The notes beneath the pieces were generated by a model. It was not told where the DNA came from. It ran no database searches and worked only from the letters and a program-made list of their open reading frames with translations. The translations under genes were made by a program, and so were the position numbers. A stretch of DNA of 64,000 nucleotides, from contig CDPCPM010000017.1 of assembly GCA_976551045.1 (NCBI GenBank), forward strand, positions 4,278,001 through 4,342,000. Direction: 5' to 3'. Origin of the DNA: Glaucostegus cemiculus. Its lineage: Eukaryota. Shown piece by piece: positions 37,401 through 50,110 of this stretch. Every line of letters begins with the position of its first letter. Position 1 is the first letter of the stretch.

Positions 37401-38689
37401 GTGGAGGGCAAAGAATTAATTATCATTAGAAGGGTAAAGTGGGAGGGGGAGGAGGTCCATGGGATTGGTAATGGAATGGGTAGGAGAGGGCCACAGTAAT
37501 GGCTCACTGGGCAAGATTGTCAGTAAGGAAGCGTTTAGCTTTTTTAAGGAAACCGAATGGATAGCTGGAATTGTTCCCTGTAAACTGGCAGTGATGCAAT
37601 ATTTGGGTGGTCAACATTCTGGTGGGAACAGTGTCAATGAGGCAAAAGAGCCGAAGCAATCAATTTGTTACTGTTTTCCTTTCTCCTGTGTGCCCAGGGA
37701 AATAGGAACAAAGGGTACAAAAATTAGCAACTTAACATGTCACTGAGTTATTAACAACATACCACTAATATTTATCTCACTGTGATCTAATGAGCAACCT
37801 TGCATGGGATGTTCCCAGGCCAGCCAGCTAGCCTATGTCGTAATGTATAAAACACAAGTCCTGTTATGTACCTTCACGTTATGTGAAGTTGAAAATCCCA
37901 TTGTCTATATTTCATTTTCTAATATTTGGAACTCATGAGACAGGAATTATAATTATGTGGAAAGGGATTTTCAGTACTCAAAGGAAGTGGCAGTGGGTAA
38001 CTCGACATGGAGCCTAATTTCCCCTTTTAGCACTATTTAATTACATTTTCTTCGGGCAAGAAGTACTGGTTTAGTTAACTGTGCAAACATCTAATATCTA
38101 TTCACAGATAATTCACCAACATTTTTAAACATGTCCAAAAAGACAGGAATGTCTATGAGCCCCATACACAGTAGAGCAATGGTTGTGAGAACATTTACTT
38201 CAGGCTTTGGACATTTATTTCTGCAATATATGCATAACATTTGGAATCCAAAATAAATGCTGGATGTTAGCCAGGAAAATTTGTTTTGACTTTGGATGGC
38301 TGATTAACAAACCGTGTGAACTTAAGTAAAGCTGTTTTGATTATGAGGCAAAGTACTAAGCGAAACAAGAGAGGCAATGGTCATTCAGTATTATGAACTG
38401 TAGGTGGAGAATATGAGTACAGAAATACAGTCAGAAGGCTGGTGTACCATGTATAGGTTGGCACTAAAGAATGTGTAAATTTATACTCATATTTTTAAAT
38501 AGGCACAGAGCAACAAGTGGGAAAAGATGAGTTAGTGGACTTTGAAATTACAGGCTCACATTTCAAGTGATAGGGTGAATAGGTGTTTAGTGGGTACTTT
38601 GTTCAGATCAGTGCCAATAAGTAATTTATGTATTATATTAAGTCAAGTAATTATTCTTCTAGCTCATTTTAAAATTCCTTCACATTCGT

Positions 38690-39030
38690 AGTTCTCTTTA
38701 TTCCTCTTATTTCCTCAAGCTTGGCGACTTCCAACAATATCTGAATCCTTCATCTCTGGTCTCTTCCTTGCTCCAACTTTGCCAGCCATGGCTTCAACTG
38801 TCTGAACTGTAAAATTCCTTTCCTGAACCTTCCCACCATAGTCGCTCCCCACCCCCAACCCCTCGCCCATCCCACCTTCAAAACCTATCTCCTTGTTCAA
38901 GCTTTTAGTCACCCTTCCTCATGCCCCCTTCTTTGTCCTGGTGCTCATATTGCCCAAATGCATTTCTGCAAAGCTTCTTGGAATAGTTTTCTATGCAACA
39001 AACATTGTCCAAGTATGCAGGTGAACATTG
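38690..39030 (+). mobile_element. L2/CR1-type LINE 3' end
   Basis: ttcaaaacctatctccttgttcaagctttt (LKT.LF..AF-like) followed by an L2-like tail. Confidence 0.5.
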
Positions 39031-39149
39031 CTCTGTCGACTGTAAAGTTAAAATTAAAACAGAGAATTGCTGAAAATATATTTACAAACCTGCCAACATC
39101 TTTAAAATTAAATCCTATTATTTTCCTGTCTCTGAGTTAGAGACTTGTG

Positions 39150-39440
39150 CATTTCAGTGCAGGAATGGTGATCCAGTTGGAGGTGCTACCTTCCTGATAG
39201 AACGTTAAACCGCAGATCTCTTAGGCGAATGTAAAAAATCCCTTGAGCAAAATAAACGAACCAGGAAATTTCTCTGTATTCTGGTCAAAATCTCTGATTA
39301 TCTAGTCATAACTACCTTGTGCAAATTAGCTACCTGGTTATATCCATGGCTCCACTTGTAAAGGACATCTTTATACGTAAAGCATTTTGGGAAAACCTGA
39401 AGTCACAGAAACTGATATAGAAATACAATCCTTTCTCATT
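39150..39440 (+). mobile_element. Deu-domain SINE fragment
   Basis: ggaggtgctaccttcctgatagaacgttaaaccg...tcttaggcgaatgtaaaaaatccc...gtaaagcattttggga. Confidence 0.6.
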
Positions 39441-39671
39441 TGTTTTAGGATTTCATCAATGATGCAGAAGAGGATTGGAACTAGAAGGCTAAAGGTATGG
39501 TGAAAATATTAAATCAGTATTTTGCATTTTTTTTTGCAATTGATGGAGGCAAATGTGAAGGATAACAGTGGAAAAGGGAATAAGTTTGAAAATATAATTT
39601 GCATAATTTAGAACTTAAGGTGATGCCAGTGATGGACAGCTAGAATCATTGTAGAAAGACCTTAGATACTG

Positions 39672-41190
39672 GAATCAGAATCAGAATCAGTTTTATTGTC
39701 GCAACCATATACATACATAGTATGCATAGGAGCGAGATACCGTCCTCCTCAGGTGCTCGTCCCATAAAAAAAAATAACATAACAACCAACAGAGAGACAC
39801 ATACACACTTGGCAGAATACACAGTACAAAACATTACACATTAGAAGCTATGGAGATTGAAATTAAATTATTACGCAGATTAAATTAAAAATGGCCAGTA
39901 AATAAATAAATAGTTCTTAAAGTGAACGGGCTGGTGTCGGGCATTTAAAGTGCTGGTGCATTTCTGTGCACCTAGCATCTCTTAGTGTTAACAAAGGAAG
40001 ATGGAGGGATGAGAGAGTTTGCAGTTCTGATGGCTTGCGGAAAGAAGCTATTGTTCAGCCTGGACGTTCTTGCCCTGATACATTTAAGCCTCCTCCCTGA
40101 TGGAAAAAATTGTGAAGAGGTGGTGGGAGGGGTGAGAAGGGTCGGCCATTATGCTTTTGGTCTTCCTCACACAACGGTCTTTGTATATGTCTGCGAGGGA
40201 TGGAAGCGAGACACCTATGATCCACTCCGCAGCCCTAACTATCTTCTGGAGGGATTTCCGCCCAGCAGCTGAGCAGCTTCCAAACCAAACAGTGATACAT
40301 TGAGTTAGGATGCTCTCAATGGTCCCCCTGTAGAAGGATTTCATGACTGAGGGATGTGGGTACGCTTTCCGCAGTCTCCGCAGGAAGTAGGGGCATTTCT
40401 GAGCCTTCTTCGTGAGGGCCGTAATGTTAGTGGACCAGGTCAGGTCGCCAGTGATGTGCACCCCCAGGAACTTGGTGCTGCGTACTTGTTCTACAGCAGA
40501 CCCGTTGATGGTCAGCGGGGCGTGCACACGATGACCTCTCCTAAAATCCACTATCATCTCCTTGGTTTTATCCACATTCAAGGAGAGGTTGTTGTCATGG
40601 CACCACACGGCTAGTTGTTTCACCTCCTCTCTGTAGTCCGACTCATCGTCATTCGTGACAAGACCCACCACTGTCGTGTCATCGGCAAATTTAACAATGT
40701 GGTTGGAGCTGAATCTGGCCTCACAGTCGTGGGTCAACAAGGTGAACAGGAGCGGACTGAGCACACAACCCTGAGGGGAGCCAGTGCTCAGTGTGATGGT
40801 GCTTGAGGTGTTTTCACCAATTTTGACTGACTGCGGCCTGCAAGTTAGAAAATCCAGTATCCAGTTGCAGAGAGGAGAGTTAATGCCCAGAGCGCTCAAC
40901 TTCCTGATAAGCTGCTGCGGGATGATGGTATTGAAAGCGGAGCTGAAGTCGATGAATAGCAGTCGGCAGTATGAGTCCTTCTTCTCTAAGTGATGTAGTG
41001 CAGAGTGCATGGCAGAGGAGACTGCATCATTGGTGGACCTGTTTGCCCGATAAGCATACTGATGAGGATCCAAGGATGGGGGGAGGGAGGCTCTAATGTG
41101 CTTCATAACTAGCCTCTCAAAGCATTTCATGACAATCGGCGTTAGAGCTATAGGACGGTAGTCATTCAGACACTTTGGAGGAGACTTTGG
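39672..41190 (-). mobile_element. 5'-truncated Rex1/Babar LINE with nearly intact RT domain
   Basis: [73 protein letters not shown]. 3' end AATAAA plus (GATTCT)n tail. Inserted within an old CR1-like stretch. Confidence 0.93.
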
Positions 41191-42239
41191 AGGAAATAAC
41201 TTCACTTAAATTTGTTAGGCTAATAGAAAATGTATTAGAATGTTTTAATTGTGAACAATTTTGATAAGAGCAAATAGGAAAAAATATCCTGATATGCAGC
41301 ATATATTTAAAATTTTTACTGTGAAATTTCTTGGTGAGGGCTGTTGGAGAGTAGAGACTGATTTAGTCAAAAAAGAAGTGGTCTAGAAATTCTCCCTAAG
41401 ATATTTGCATGGTAGTGGGTTAATTTTATCTAAAATCTGATCACTAAGTGTGATCAGTTACATTGTTTGCATGCAGCACATTCCACAAATCTAACCTCCG
41501 CTGTCCACACTTATGTACTGAGGCAATGCTGTCTGAAGTTGCCATATGTGCTCTGAGGCTGTTGGCCTGGGCAGTGACGTCAATGCTCACTGCATATTTT
41601 TGATGTTAGCAGAACAAGGCTGTAAACAATGGAGGCCCCTCACACTGAAGTGGGTTTTAGTTGGGGTGTTGAGAACTGGTTCTGCATTAAAAGAGCCCCG
41701 ACCTTACCTGGTCCCCCATCTTTTGAGACATCTTGTTTGTTTTTCAGAATGCTATTTGTTAATTAGATTTCCAGACATAGATCTGATGCTCTTTATTCTC
41801 CCAGACTCCATGCCATGTGCTAGCTGACACATTTCAATGTATATGACACAGCAGTGAGTGATGTTGTACAAGAAGTGCTAAATACTATACTGGCACCTAA
41901 TAGTATAGTTCCTTATTCAATATTACATCATTAAAATATCCCTTGTTCTTTTAAAAGGACTTTATTTGTATGATCTATATTATACATACCTTAAGATCTA
42001 TTATTCTTGCCATGTTATTGGTTTATTATTGTCACATATACCAAGATACATAGAAAAAGCTTTTGTTTGCATGCCACCCAGACAAATCATTCCAAATGTA
42101 AGTACATCGAGGTATTACAAAAGAAAAAAAAAACGGAATTCAGAATTGATGTTATTTTAGTGATAAGGTTAGATGATTTGACTGTGATAATTTCTCCCTG
42201 CAATGAATTAGTGCATTATTTTGGTGTTGTGGTATTTCC

Positions 42240-43480
42240 TATTCCTGTTGCCGTAGAAATTACATTAACTTCTCCTGGTGTTGTTGATGTGTTGTTGGTG
42301 TTGATGTGTTGTTGGTGTTTTTCTGGTGTTCCTTTCCTATGACAACTCAGACAGACTTGGTCCCTTCTCATCTGTTCACCCATTTCAATCCTCAAGTATG
42401 ATCTTAGGGTACAAGCTTTAATAACAATTTCAGCTAGCTTCTAGGCTTTCATTATTGGACCTTGTACATGCACTGCTTATCCTTACCATAACTCAGATAA
42501 TGATTCAGTATGGTTGTTGCAGTGTTGCTCCCCTTACTTGTGCATCAGCAGCTCATTGTCCTAATTGCTGGTTTTGAGGAAGGTATTTTTCATTTGGCAA
42601 TGTTGTCCTGTATTTCTGGCAGCTCATCCCCACTGACAACATTGGCTCTATATCTATGTAAATGTCAGTCCAGTATACATCTGATCTAGCTCTCAGCCTG
42701 CATATATGTATATACAAATGGGCTTTGTGTATATGCTGAAGTAATTCGCCGTGGATATTGGAGCTTATAGAAATGAAGGATGATCTTACTGAAACATACA
42801 AAATTTTAAGAGGGTATGACAGGGTGGATGTTGAGATGTTTCCACCAGTGAGCAAGTCTCAGACAAAAGTCAAAGTCAAGTTTATTGCCATATGCACAAG
42901 TACATGTATGCACAGTGCAATGAAAGACGTATTTGCAGCAGCATCACAGGCACATGGCATCATATGAGCAGCATTCACAAGTAAAATGTGTATTAGACAT
43001 AAATTATGCACAATTTTTACAAGAAAGAACACAATTAGAACAAAAAAACCAAGGGATATAGTTACAAGATAAGGAGACAGTCATTTAAAGCTGAGGTACG
43101 TAAGAATTTCTTTTTGCAGAGGGTGGTGATGCTATTGGCTTGCCATCATATATTAGAGCTGAACCCTGGCCTTTAATAGAAGCATCTACTAAATGATAGA
43201 TGTTGTGTTGTGGTTTGACAGATTGTCTCTTTGCACACTATTTCCCTCTTTTGAAACTTGTTTCATGGGATTCTGACCAGTAGTATTCAATATTCTTCTT
43301 TGGCAATGCTGTCAAAAGTTGCCATATGTAAAGAAAGAATACATGATTCTTGGTGCTCCACCTTAATGATGACTGACTTTTTTGGGTTTGGCTTTACTCC
43401 ATTTGATGCGAGTATCATTCCACAGAGCTGGCATCCCTTCCCTTTAGTGATGCATGTATCATCCACTCTCTCCACAGATC
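42240..43480 (-). mobile_element. Decayed Ty3/Gypsy pol relic (RT C-terminus, integrase Zn-binding) with nested insertions
   Basis: ELLQHIHKAHL...CRLRARSDVYW..I..DIE.M....SCQKYR (HHCC region) and GMILASNGVKPNPKK (RT C-terminal motif). Confidence 0.75.
42750..43132 (+). mobile_element. CR1 fragment nested in the Gypsy relic, itself split by a minus-strand LINE 3' end (42866-43050)
   Basis: MKDDLTETYKILRGYDRVDVEMFPPV breaks at aaagtcaaagtcaagtttattg and resumes at aagggatatagttacaagataagg...gaatttctttttgcagagggtggtg. Confidence 0.8.
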
Positions 43481-43844
43481 TTCAGAATTATGAAGATGGT
43501 AAGAAAAATAATGGTAGACTATGCCCTCTAATCAATGATAAAAATAATGTGGGTGCAAAACTAAGAAAATCACATAATGAGTTAAAAGGAAGGTTGCAAA
43601 AGATGTCTTTATTCAAGAGTGTGCATAACTGTCAAATTCCCTGTCACCAACAAAATCTATCCCTAACTACAAAAGGACACCAAATATTGCTTTAAGAGGA
43701 ATGTTAAAGTGTATGGAGCAGGGGTACAGACTTAAATTCAGGGAAGTTCATCCAGTCACCCATGTGATTGCATGTAGGTAAAAGAAAACAAAGCTTCAGA
43801 TTTCTGAGAGTTTCTTTCTCATCTTTTAAGTGATAGCACCACTG

Positions 43845-44735
43845 CTCACCTCTTTCAGGATGGATTATAGCCAATGGTTATTGATCAGTATCCACAAGCC
43901 ATTTCCGGAGCCGCTCTCATTACCCCTCCACCCAAGCTGCTTTGTTCAGCAGACCATTCTCTGTAACTCTCAACATCTCCAACATGATGCCCTTTTAACT
44001 CTTCCTTTCCCACTGTCCATTCTTCCAAAAAGTTCTTCTAGGTGAAGTAGAGCTTTTATTTGTATTTCTTCCAGTTTAGTGTACTGCATTTGATGTTCAT
44101 GATGTGATTTTTATCTGCTTTACGGAAACCAAATGCAGATTTAGTAACCACATTGCAGAACTGCTCTGTTTAGTTTCACGTGTGATCCTCAAGATTCCTC
44201 AAGATCCCAGTCACCTGCCACTTTAATTCTCCGTTCCACTAGCTCTTTGACCTCTGCCTTTGGGCTTCTACACTGTTCTTACAAAGCACTATGTAGGCTT
44301 AAGAAACAGTACCTTATCTTCTCACAGGCACATTACAATCTTCCAAGCTCAATGTTAAATTCAAAAATTTCTATTAGTTTTGCACCTCACATCTCCAGCA
44401 TTCACAGTTTTCTTGCTCTCTTTTCTTGGTGGTTTTAGACTTTGCTCAATTCCTCCCACTTACACCTCCACCAGACCAACCTTTCATTATTCACTGGGCT
44501 TTACCACCCTCTTTCAATTGGCTCCATCATCACTTTCATCACTTAGCTATTCCTGGTCATTCCGCCACAGACCTTCCCTTTTGCTCTGCCTGCCCCTTTC
44601 CCCTTTCTCTACAATTTAAAAAAAATGTTTCAGCTCTTAACTTTTCCGAATTCTGTTGGAAGGTCATCAACTTGAAATGTTAACTCTGTTGCTCTCTCCA
44701 GAAATGCCACCTCACTTCCAGTATTTTCCGTTATA
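43845..44735 (+). mobile_element. Penelope-like element 3' portion: GIY-YIG relic plus terminus with hammerhead-like motif
   Basis: FICISSSLVYCI*CS*C...ETKCRFSNHIAE relic, then aattCTGTTGGaaggtcatcaacttGAAATGTTaact at ~44649-44685. Confidence 0.75.
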
Positions 44736-45660
44736 CCCTAGTGAATGCACTGAGTCACCTGAAAACACGAGTTTCTGGTCATAGGATACTGAGTCATCTT
44801 ATGAACGCGTGTGTTTTTCTGTGCCCATAACACTGAGGAAAACCAAACTACAATGTCACTGCTACAGGTATTTACATTTATTCCTGTTCAGGGATTTTGG
44901 AGTTTTCAGCAGATCACCAGGAAAGATTATTACAGAAGACACATTTATCAACCAAATGAATACTAAGGTCTTAAAAAAGCCTTAGAAGATTGCATGGACA
45001 ATCATTTAGCAGCCCACTAACCAAGATCAACTATTGCTACTCTAGGCAGATCAGTTTGAGACTCCTCCATTGATTTGATGCCACGATATCTTGAGAAAGA
45101 CTGACCAAATTTTAAACGCTCTGATCAGCTTCTAAAGTGATCACTACATTTCCTAAAGGTAACACAGAGCTTGTTTTCCACCCTGAGTAAAAGTCATCCA
45201 CAATTCAAGGGACACGGTTGAAATAAAGCAACAGAAAGCCTGGAAAAGAGGTTAAATTAAACTATCTACCTAACACTAGCTAAGAATTTGCTAAGCAGTG
45301 TCATGTTAAAATACCTAACGCTCCTCTCCCTCCTTCCATTGCACCCTTCACTCACCTCAATTCAAAAATTTGTCATATGATCAGGTAATATGCTTCAGTG
45401 GATAAGTAGAAGCCTGGCATTTTTGGCACCCTTAGAGGTCATTACTCACTTGGGTTGGGGACATTTTTATGAGTAATGAACATAACTGCCTCAGATTAAT
45501 TGAAGAAGATTTATGGCTTCAGAAGCAGGCAAGTTGCATGTATTTCCTCTAGTCAAGTAAATTGAAGGTTTTTCCAATTATTTTGGTTTTACCAGGAGAA
45601 CTGGATATTTTCTGTTCCCTATAGTGTCTAAACTTCTTCAGTGAGTTTCTCCAGAAGAGA

Positions 45661-45975
45661 GGTGGCATGGTGGCACAGCCTAGTGCTGCCATCACGTAGT
45701 TCCAGGGAGCAGGTCCATCCTGACCTTAGGTGCTGTTTTTGTGGAGTTTGCATGTTCTCCCTGTGATCATGTGGGTTTTTCAGATGTTCCAGTTTCCTGC
45801 CACATCTGGTAGGTTAACTGGATTCTGCACAATGACCCTTAGTGCAAGGGAGAGGATAAAGAATTAAAGGGGAGTTGGCAGGGAACTAAGGAGGGGGAAT
45901 GAGACCAATGGGATTGCTCAGTTGGGAGCTGGTGTAGGTTTGATGGGCTGAATGGTCTATATTGTAAGAAAATAT
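45661..45975 (+). mobile_element. V-SINE
   Basis: tggcacagc head and gtggagtttgcatgttctccctgtga V-domain. Confidence 0.85.
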
Positions 45976-46339
45976 CAAAATATAAAGATGAAATAAAAGT
46001 ATATACCAGATCGGCTGCATTACAATATTTTAAGCAAGAAACTCTAAGTGGCAATATTAACACAAGTCAACAAGGATTTTACCTGAAAGACTGAATTGCA
46101 GATATGAATGCATGTTTAAAATTCAACAAAGAAGTTTCTATTTTGAACAGTGCACTTAAACCTGCCTCCAGTACCCACCCTGGCCCATTCACACAACAGC
46201 CTGATATTTTCAACTGGCTGATTGGTTCATAATGAATGCTGTCCTAAGTGTATATGCAGCAATCCATCAAGTATGTATGTAAGATGGACTTTAGTAAAGA
46301 ACTCATTGTGGTCCTTACAGTAATGATCCCATTACATGC

Positions 46340-46550
46340 TGGAACATACCGCCAGGGGTGATAGTGGAAGCAGATACGATACAGGCATTCAAGAGGCTTT
46401 TAGATAAGCACATGAATACGCTGGGAATGGAGGGATATGGATCTTGTGCAGGCAAAGCGATTAACTTAATTTGGCATCATGTTTGGCATGGACATCGTAG
46501 GCTAAAGGGCTTGTTCCTGTGCTGCACAGTTCCATGCCCTATGTTATGTT
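46340..46550 (+). mobile_element. CR1/HER1 3' end
   Basis: VEADTIQAFKRLLDKHMN..GMEGYG motif and gggcttgttcctgtgctg tail. Confidence 0.85.
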
Positions 46551-46799
46551 CACACAATATGCTAGTGGAATCTGGATCATCTGAAGTGTTACCATAGAAG
46601 GAAAGAATAGTTAACAAGTTGCTTGCATCTATGTAATTGTTCTACATTGCGTCCAAAATTGTCAATCCAATGACTTTCACCTTCCATCATAAAGAATGGC
46701 AATAAAGCAATGTCAATAAAATAAAGGCCTCTTAGCCCCTTGAGGTAAATGAAAATCTAATTTCATTGTAAAAAGACTGATTTAACACTGCAATGTTAA

Positions 46800-47365
46800 T
46801 GTTGAGTTGGAGGTTTACCTTGTAGGTGTTGGAAATTTGTGGCAAGGTTGCTAGAATGATCAATGAGAGGATAAAGAAAACTGCTGCAATACTTGTTGAA
46901 CTTGATAGAAAGGAGGATGTAGTAGTAGAGGCTTGGGAAACAATTAGTCACAACTGTGGATCTTGCTTAGATCCACTTCAGGATGGAGAAAATGTCAGAA
47001 ACTCTGGTGTGGAAAGTTAAATAATTGAAAGAAGCACAAATTAGTGCAGAGAAACTGGGGGAAAAGGAACCAAATCCTCACAGGATATGAGAAGAAATTT
47101 AAAGTGTGGTTGACAGCTGTTGCGGGCTAGTTATTGAATGTCAGTGCAAAGTCCATTGCCAGAGATGGAGAGAAACTAGTCCAGAGAAGGGGAGGAAAGA
47201 GTCAGAGGTCATGAGGAGGAAACTGGAAAAAGAGGCAATGACATTCTCCAGATCAGATCAAGAGCCAGGAGCAACACTAGCACAGCCAACAATAGAACTG
47301 AGGAAATGGTCAGGAAGGGAATGTGAGTAAGATTGGAACAAAGTCTGTTGCACATGAAGCCCACT
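46800..47365 (-). mobile_element. Penelope-like RT fragment
   Basis: Reverse strand gtgggcttcatgtgcaacagactttgttcc...ttcctcagttctattgttggctgt is a degenerate VGYVEQSLF...FLRYIDDC. Confidence 0.55.
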
Positions 47366-47749
47366 GACATTCCCTTGAGACAAAGGTTTATTTTAATTTT
47401 AGACATAAAGCTAAAAACACACAATTACATAATTACTCAAAATAGTTTATTTAGATTTCCAGATATTAAAATTATTGGCAAATTAAACTTGGGAACACGT
47501 ACATTCATTCAATCTTCATAAAGCCACATTTGAGCAGAAAAAAACATGAAATCTAGGTAGAAATTTTTGTATTCGGTTCATTAGCTTTGCCACTGTAGTT
47601 TGTTGCAGCACATCACAGATTTCCTGAACATATTGCACTTTCTCAAAGCGTGCCTCCCCTTGTGAGATACATTAGCATCATGGGCTCATTGGTATTTGTG
47701 CAGTTAAGTTATTGCCATGTTGATACAGTAAAGCACACTCTCCTGTACC

Positions 47750-48075
47750 ACAGTAGATGGTGTTGCTTCAACACAGCTTCAGTTCAGTCCCAACCTTCAG
47801 TGCTGTCTGTGCAGAGTTTGCACATTCTCCCTGTTACTGCATGGGGTTCCCACAGGTGCTCTGATCTCCTCCTTCATCCCAAAGATGAGCTTATTGGTAG
47901 GCGAATTGACTGGTGTACATCAGCCCTAGCGCAGGTGGGTGATAGGAGAATCAGGGTGGGCATGTGAGAGAAAATAGGTTACAGATAAAATAATGGGGGA
48001 AATGGAATTACTGTGAAATTAATGCATATAATCAATGGGCCAAATGGCCTTCTCTATGTCATAAGAAAATAAGAG
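47750..48075 (+). mobile_element. V-SINE
   Basis: gtgcagagtttgcacattctccctgttactgcatgggg core and atgggccaaatggcct tail. Confidence 0.85.
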
Positions 48076-48329
48076 GAAAATATAAATGAGCATTCAGCCA
48101 TGTCATTGGTGGAAGGTTAATTTATAGATTGTTTGAATGAGTCTCATTCATTTTGCGAGGGAAGTGCCAGAGGAAAGATGCTCAGTCCGTGGGATCTCTA
48201 GTGCACTTAAGGATCTGGATGAAAGACCTAAATATAGGTCATGTGTCAGTGTGAAAGCAATTGAACTTTCAAGAGCATAGGATTACAGATGCCCTTTCAG
48301 CACGTTTACACTTTGTTTTTCTCTTTTTA

Positions 48330-48975
48330 TTATTTTTTCATCATTTTTTGCTCCTTTTTCAAATTGTTCCCAATCTTCAGGCTATTCACAATATTCTCAA
48401 TCTTTAAATGAATACTATTCTTAACTTATTTAATTAGCCACAGATGGAAAGCTTTTCCTGAAGAACTTTGATTTTTATTTGGAATGAAACTTTGTTGAGA
48501 TTTCAAGCCTTTCTTTGAAAGTATGCCATTGCTTATTTAATATTGTACCTTTTAATCTAATTTCCCTATCTACCTTAGCCAGCTCAACTCTTCAGCCAAT
48601 GTACTTGTCTTCATTTATTTGTATTTAGAACTCTAGTTTTAGACTTAACATATCACCACTTCAGTTTTAAATTCTATTATATTGTGATCACACTTCCCCA
48701 GAGGTCTCTTTTAGTATAGGATTACCAATTAACTCTGTTCTATTACACATGACAAGATTCAAATCAGCTTGTAACCTCAATGGTTCCTTCACATACCTTT
48801 CAAATGCCTTCTATGACCTCATCTTCTAGGTCATTCCTGACCACAGCCTTTATAACATCCTGCATTATTAAAGTCGATGGGCTCACCTGTAATGCTACTT
48901 TTCAGTTTTGTCTTTTATCTCATTCCTTGGGATACGTAGTTTCCAACCTTTGTCCAACTGCAACCACACCCCTGT
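48330..48975 (-). mobile_element. Decayed CR1 fragment (endonuclease-RT region)
   Basis: ctattatattgtgatcacacttcccca (LG.SDHN.I in reverse) and ttacacatgacaagattc (LDLV.CN in reverse). Confidence 0.6.
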
Positions 48976-49249
48976 AATTGCTATTATTTCAAACCCATTT
49001 GTAATACTACTTTGTCTATCTTGTGAGATACATTGAGATAAAGTGCATTTAATATTGATCTTTGGCTTCTTAGGTTCTTTTTTGTTGATACACCATTATC
49101 ATCGAACTCTCTGCTCTTCTCTGACACAATCTGGTCATCTTTGCACATGGCTCTTTTGCATTGACCTTACCTTTTAGATTTCTAACTTTAAATTTCAATT
49201 TCTCCTTATTTGAATGCACCCATCCCCTTTTATCAGTTGAAAGCCCTAT

Positions 49250-50110
49250 TATGTGTGAAAAAGGTGAGGAAGAAAAACCACAGAATTATAGAGCAGTTAG
49301 CTTAACATCTGTTGTCAGGAAATTACTTGAGTCTATAATTAAGGACGGTGTCACTAAACCATTTGAAAATTTTAAGCTGATTAGTGAATGCCAGGTTGGA
49401 TTTGTGAAGGATAGGTCATCCTTGACAAAACTGAGTAAGTTCTTTAAAGAGATGACAGAAATAGTGGTAGGGTGGACATCAATAGATATTATTTACGTGG
49501 GCTTCCAGAATGTACTCGATATAATTCCTCATAAGAGGCTGTTAGCGAAACTTAAAGCTAATGGAAAGGAAGTCAGATTACTGATCATAAATCCTCAAAG
49601 CATCAGAAGATACAGGACAGAAACAGGCCCTTCAGCCTTTCAATTGTGCGCTGATCATCACAAGGATCCATTTACACTAATCCTGCCCTAACCTTTTTAT
49701 TCTGCCTACATTCCCCCCACCTCACCCCACCCAGGTTCTATCACTCACCTATACACTAGGGGCAATTTACAATGACCAATTAACCTATCAATCTGGACGT
49801 CTTTGGGATGTGGGATAATACCGGAGAACCCAGAGGAAACCCATGCAGTCACAGGGAGAACACGGAAACTCCAGGCAGAGAGCACCAGAGGTCAGGACTG
49901 AACCCAGTTCACTGGAGCTGGGAGGCAGTAGTTCTACTAACTATGCCACTGTGCTGCTCATTCCTAATCACACTGGGAAATTGCAGAGCAAAAGGAGAGA
50001 TAATTTCAGTAAATGAAGTAGACAAGGTGTGGCCTGCAGGGATCTGTATGACAACCAGTTTCCTTCTCTTGACAGCAATGAAAGAACTTTTGGAAGCAGA
50101 GTACAACACT
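49250..50110 (+). mobile_element. CR1 RT fragment interrupted by a V-SINE
   Basis: KG..EKPQNYRAVSLTSVVRKLLESIIKD...QVGFVKDRSSLTKL...IPHKRLLAKL. Confidence 0.85.
49600..49958 (-). mobile_element. V-SINE
   Basis: Reverse of the V-domain: ggagaacccagaggaaacccatgcagtcacagggagaacacggaaactcca. Confidence 0.88.

Noticed and set aside
39180-39215. cctgatagaacgttaaac as another hammerhead
   Set aside because: No helix II; it is part of the Deu-SINE core.
40084-41205. 373-aa reverse transcriptase as a novel or domesticated RT system
   Set aside because: Ordinary Rex1/Babar RT, 5'-truncated, with a LINE tail. The apparent start codon comes from flanking DNA.
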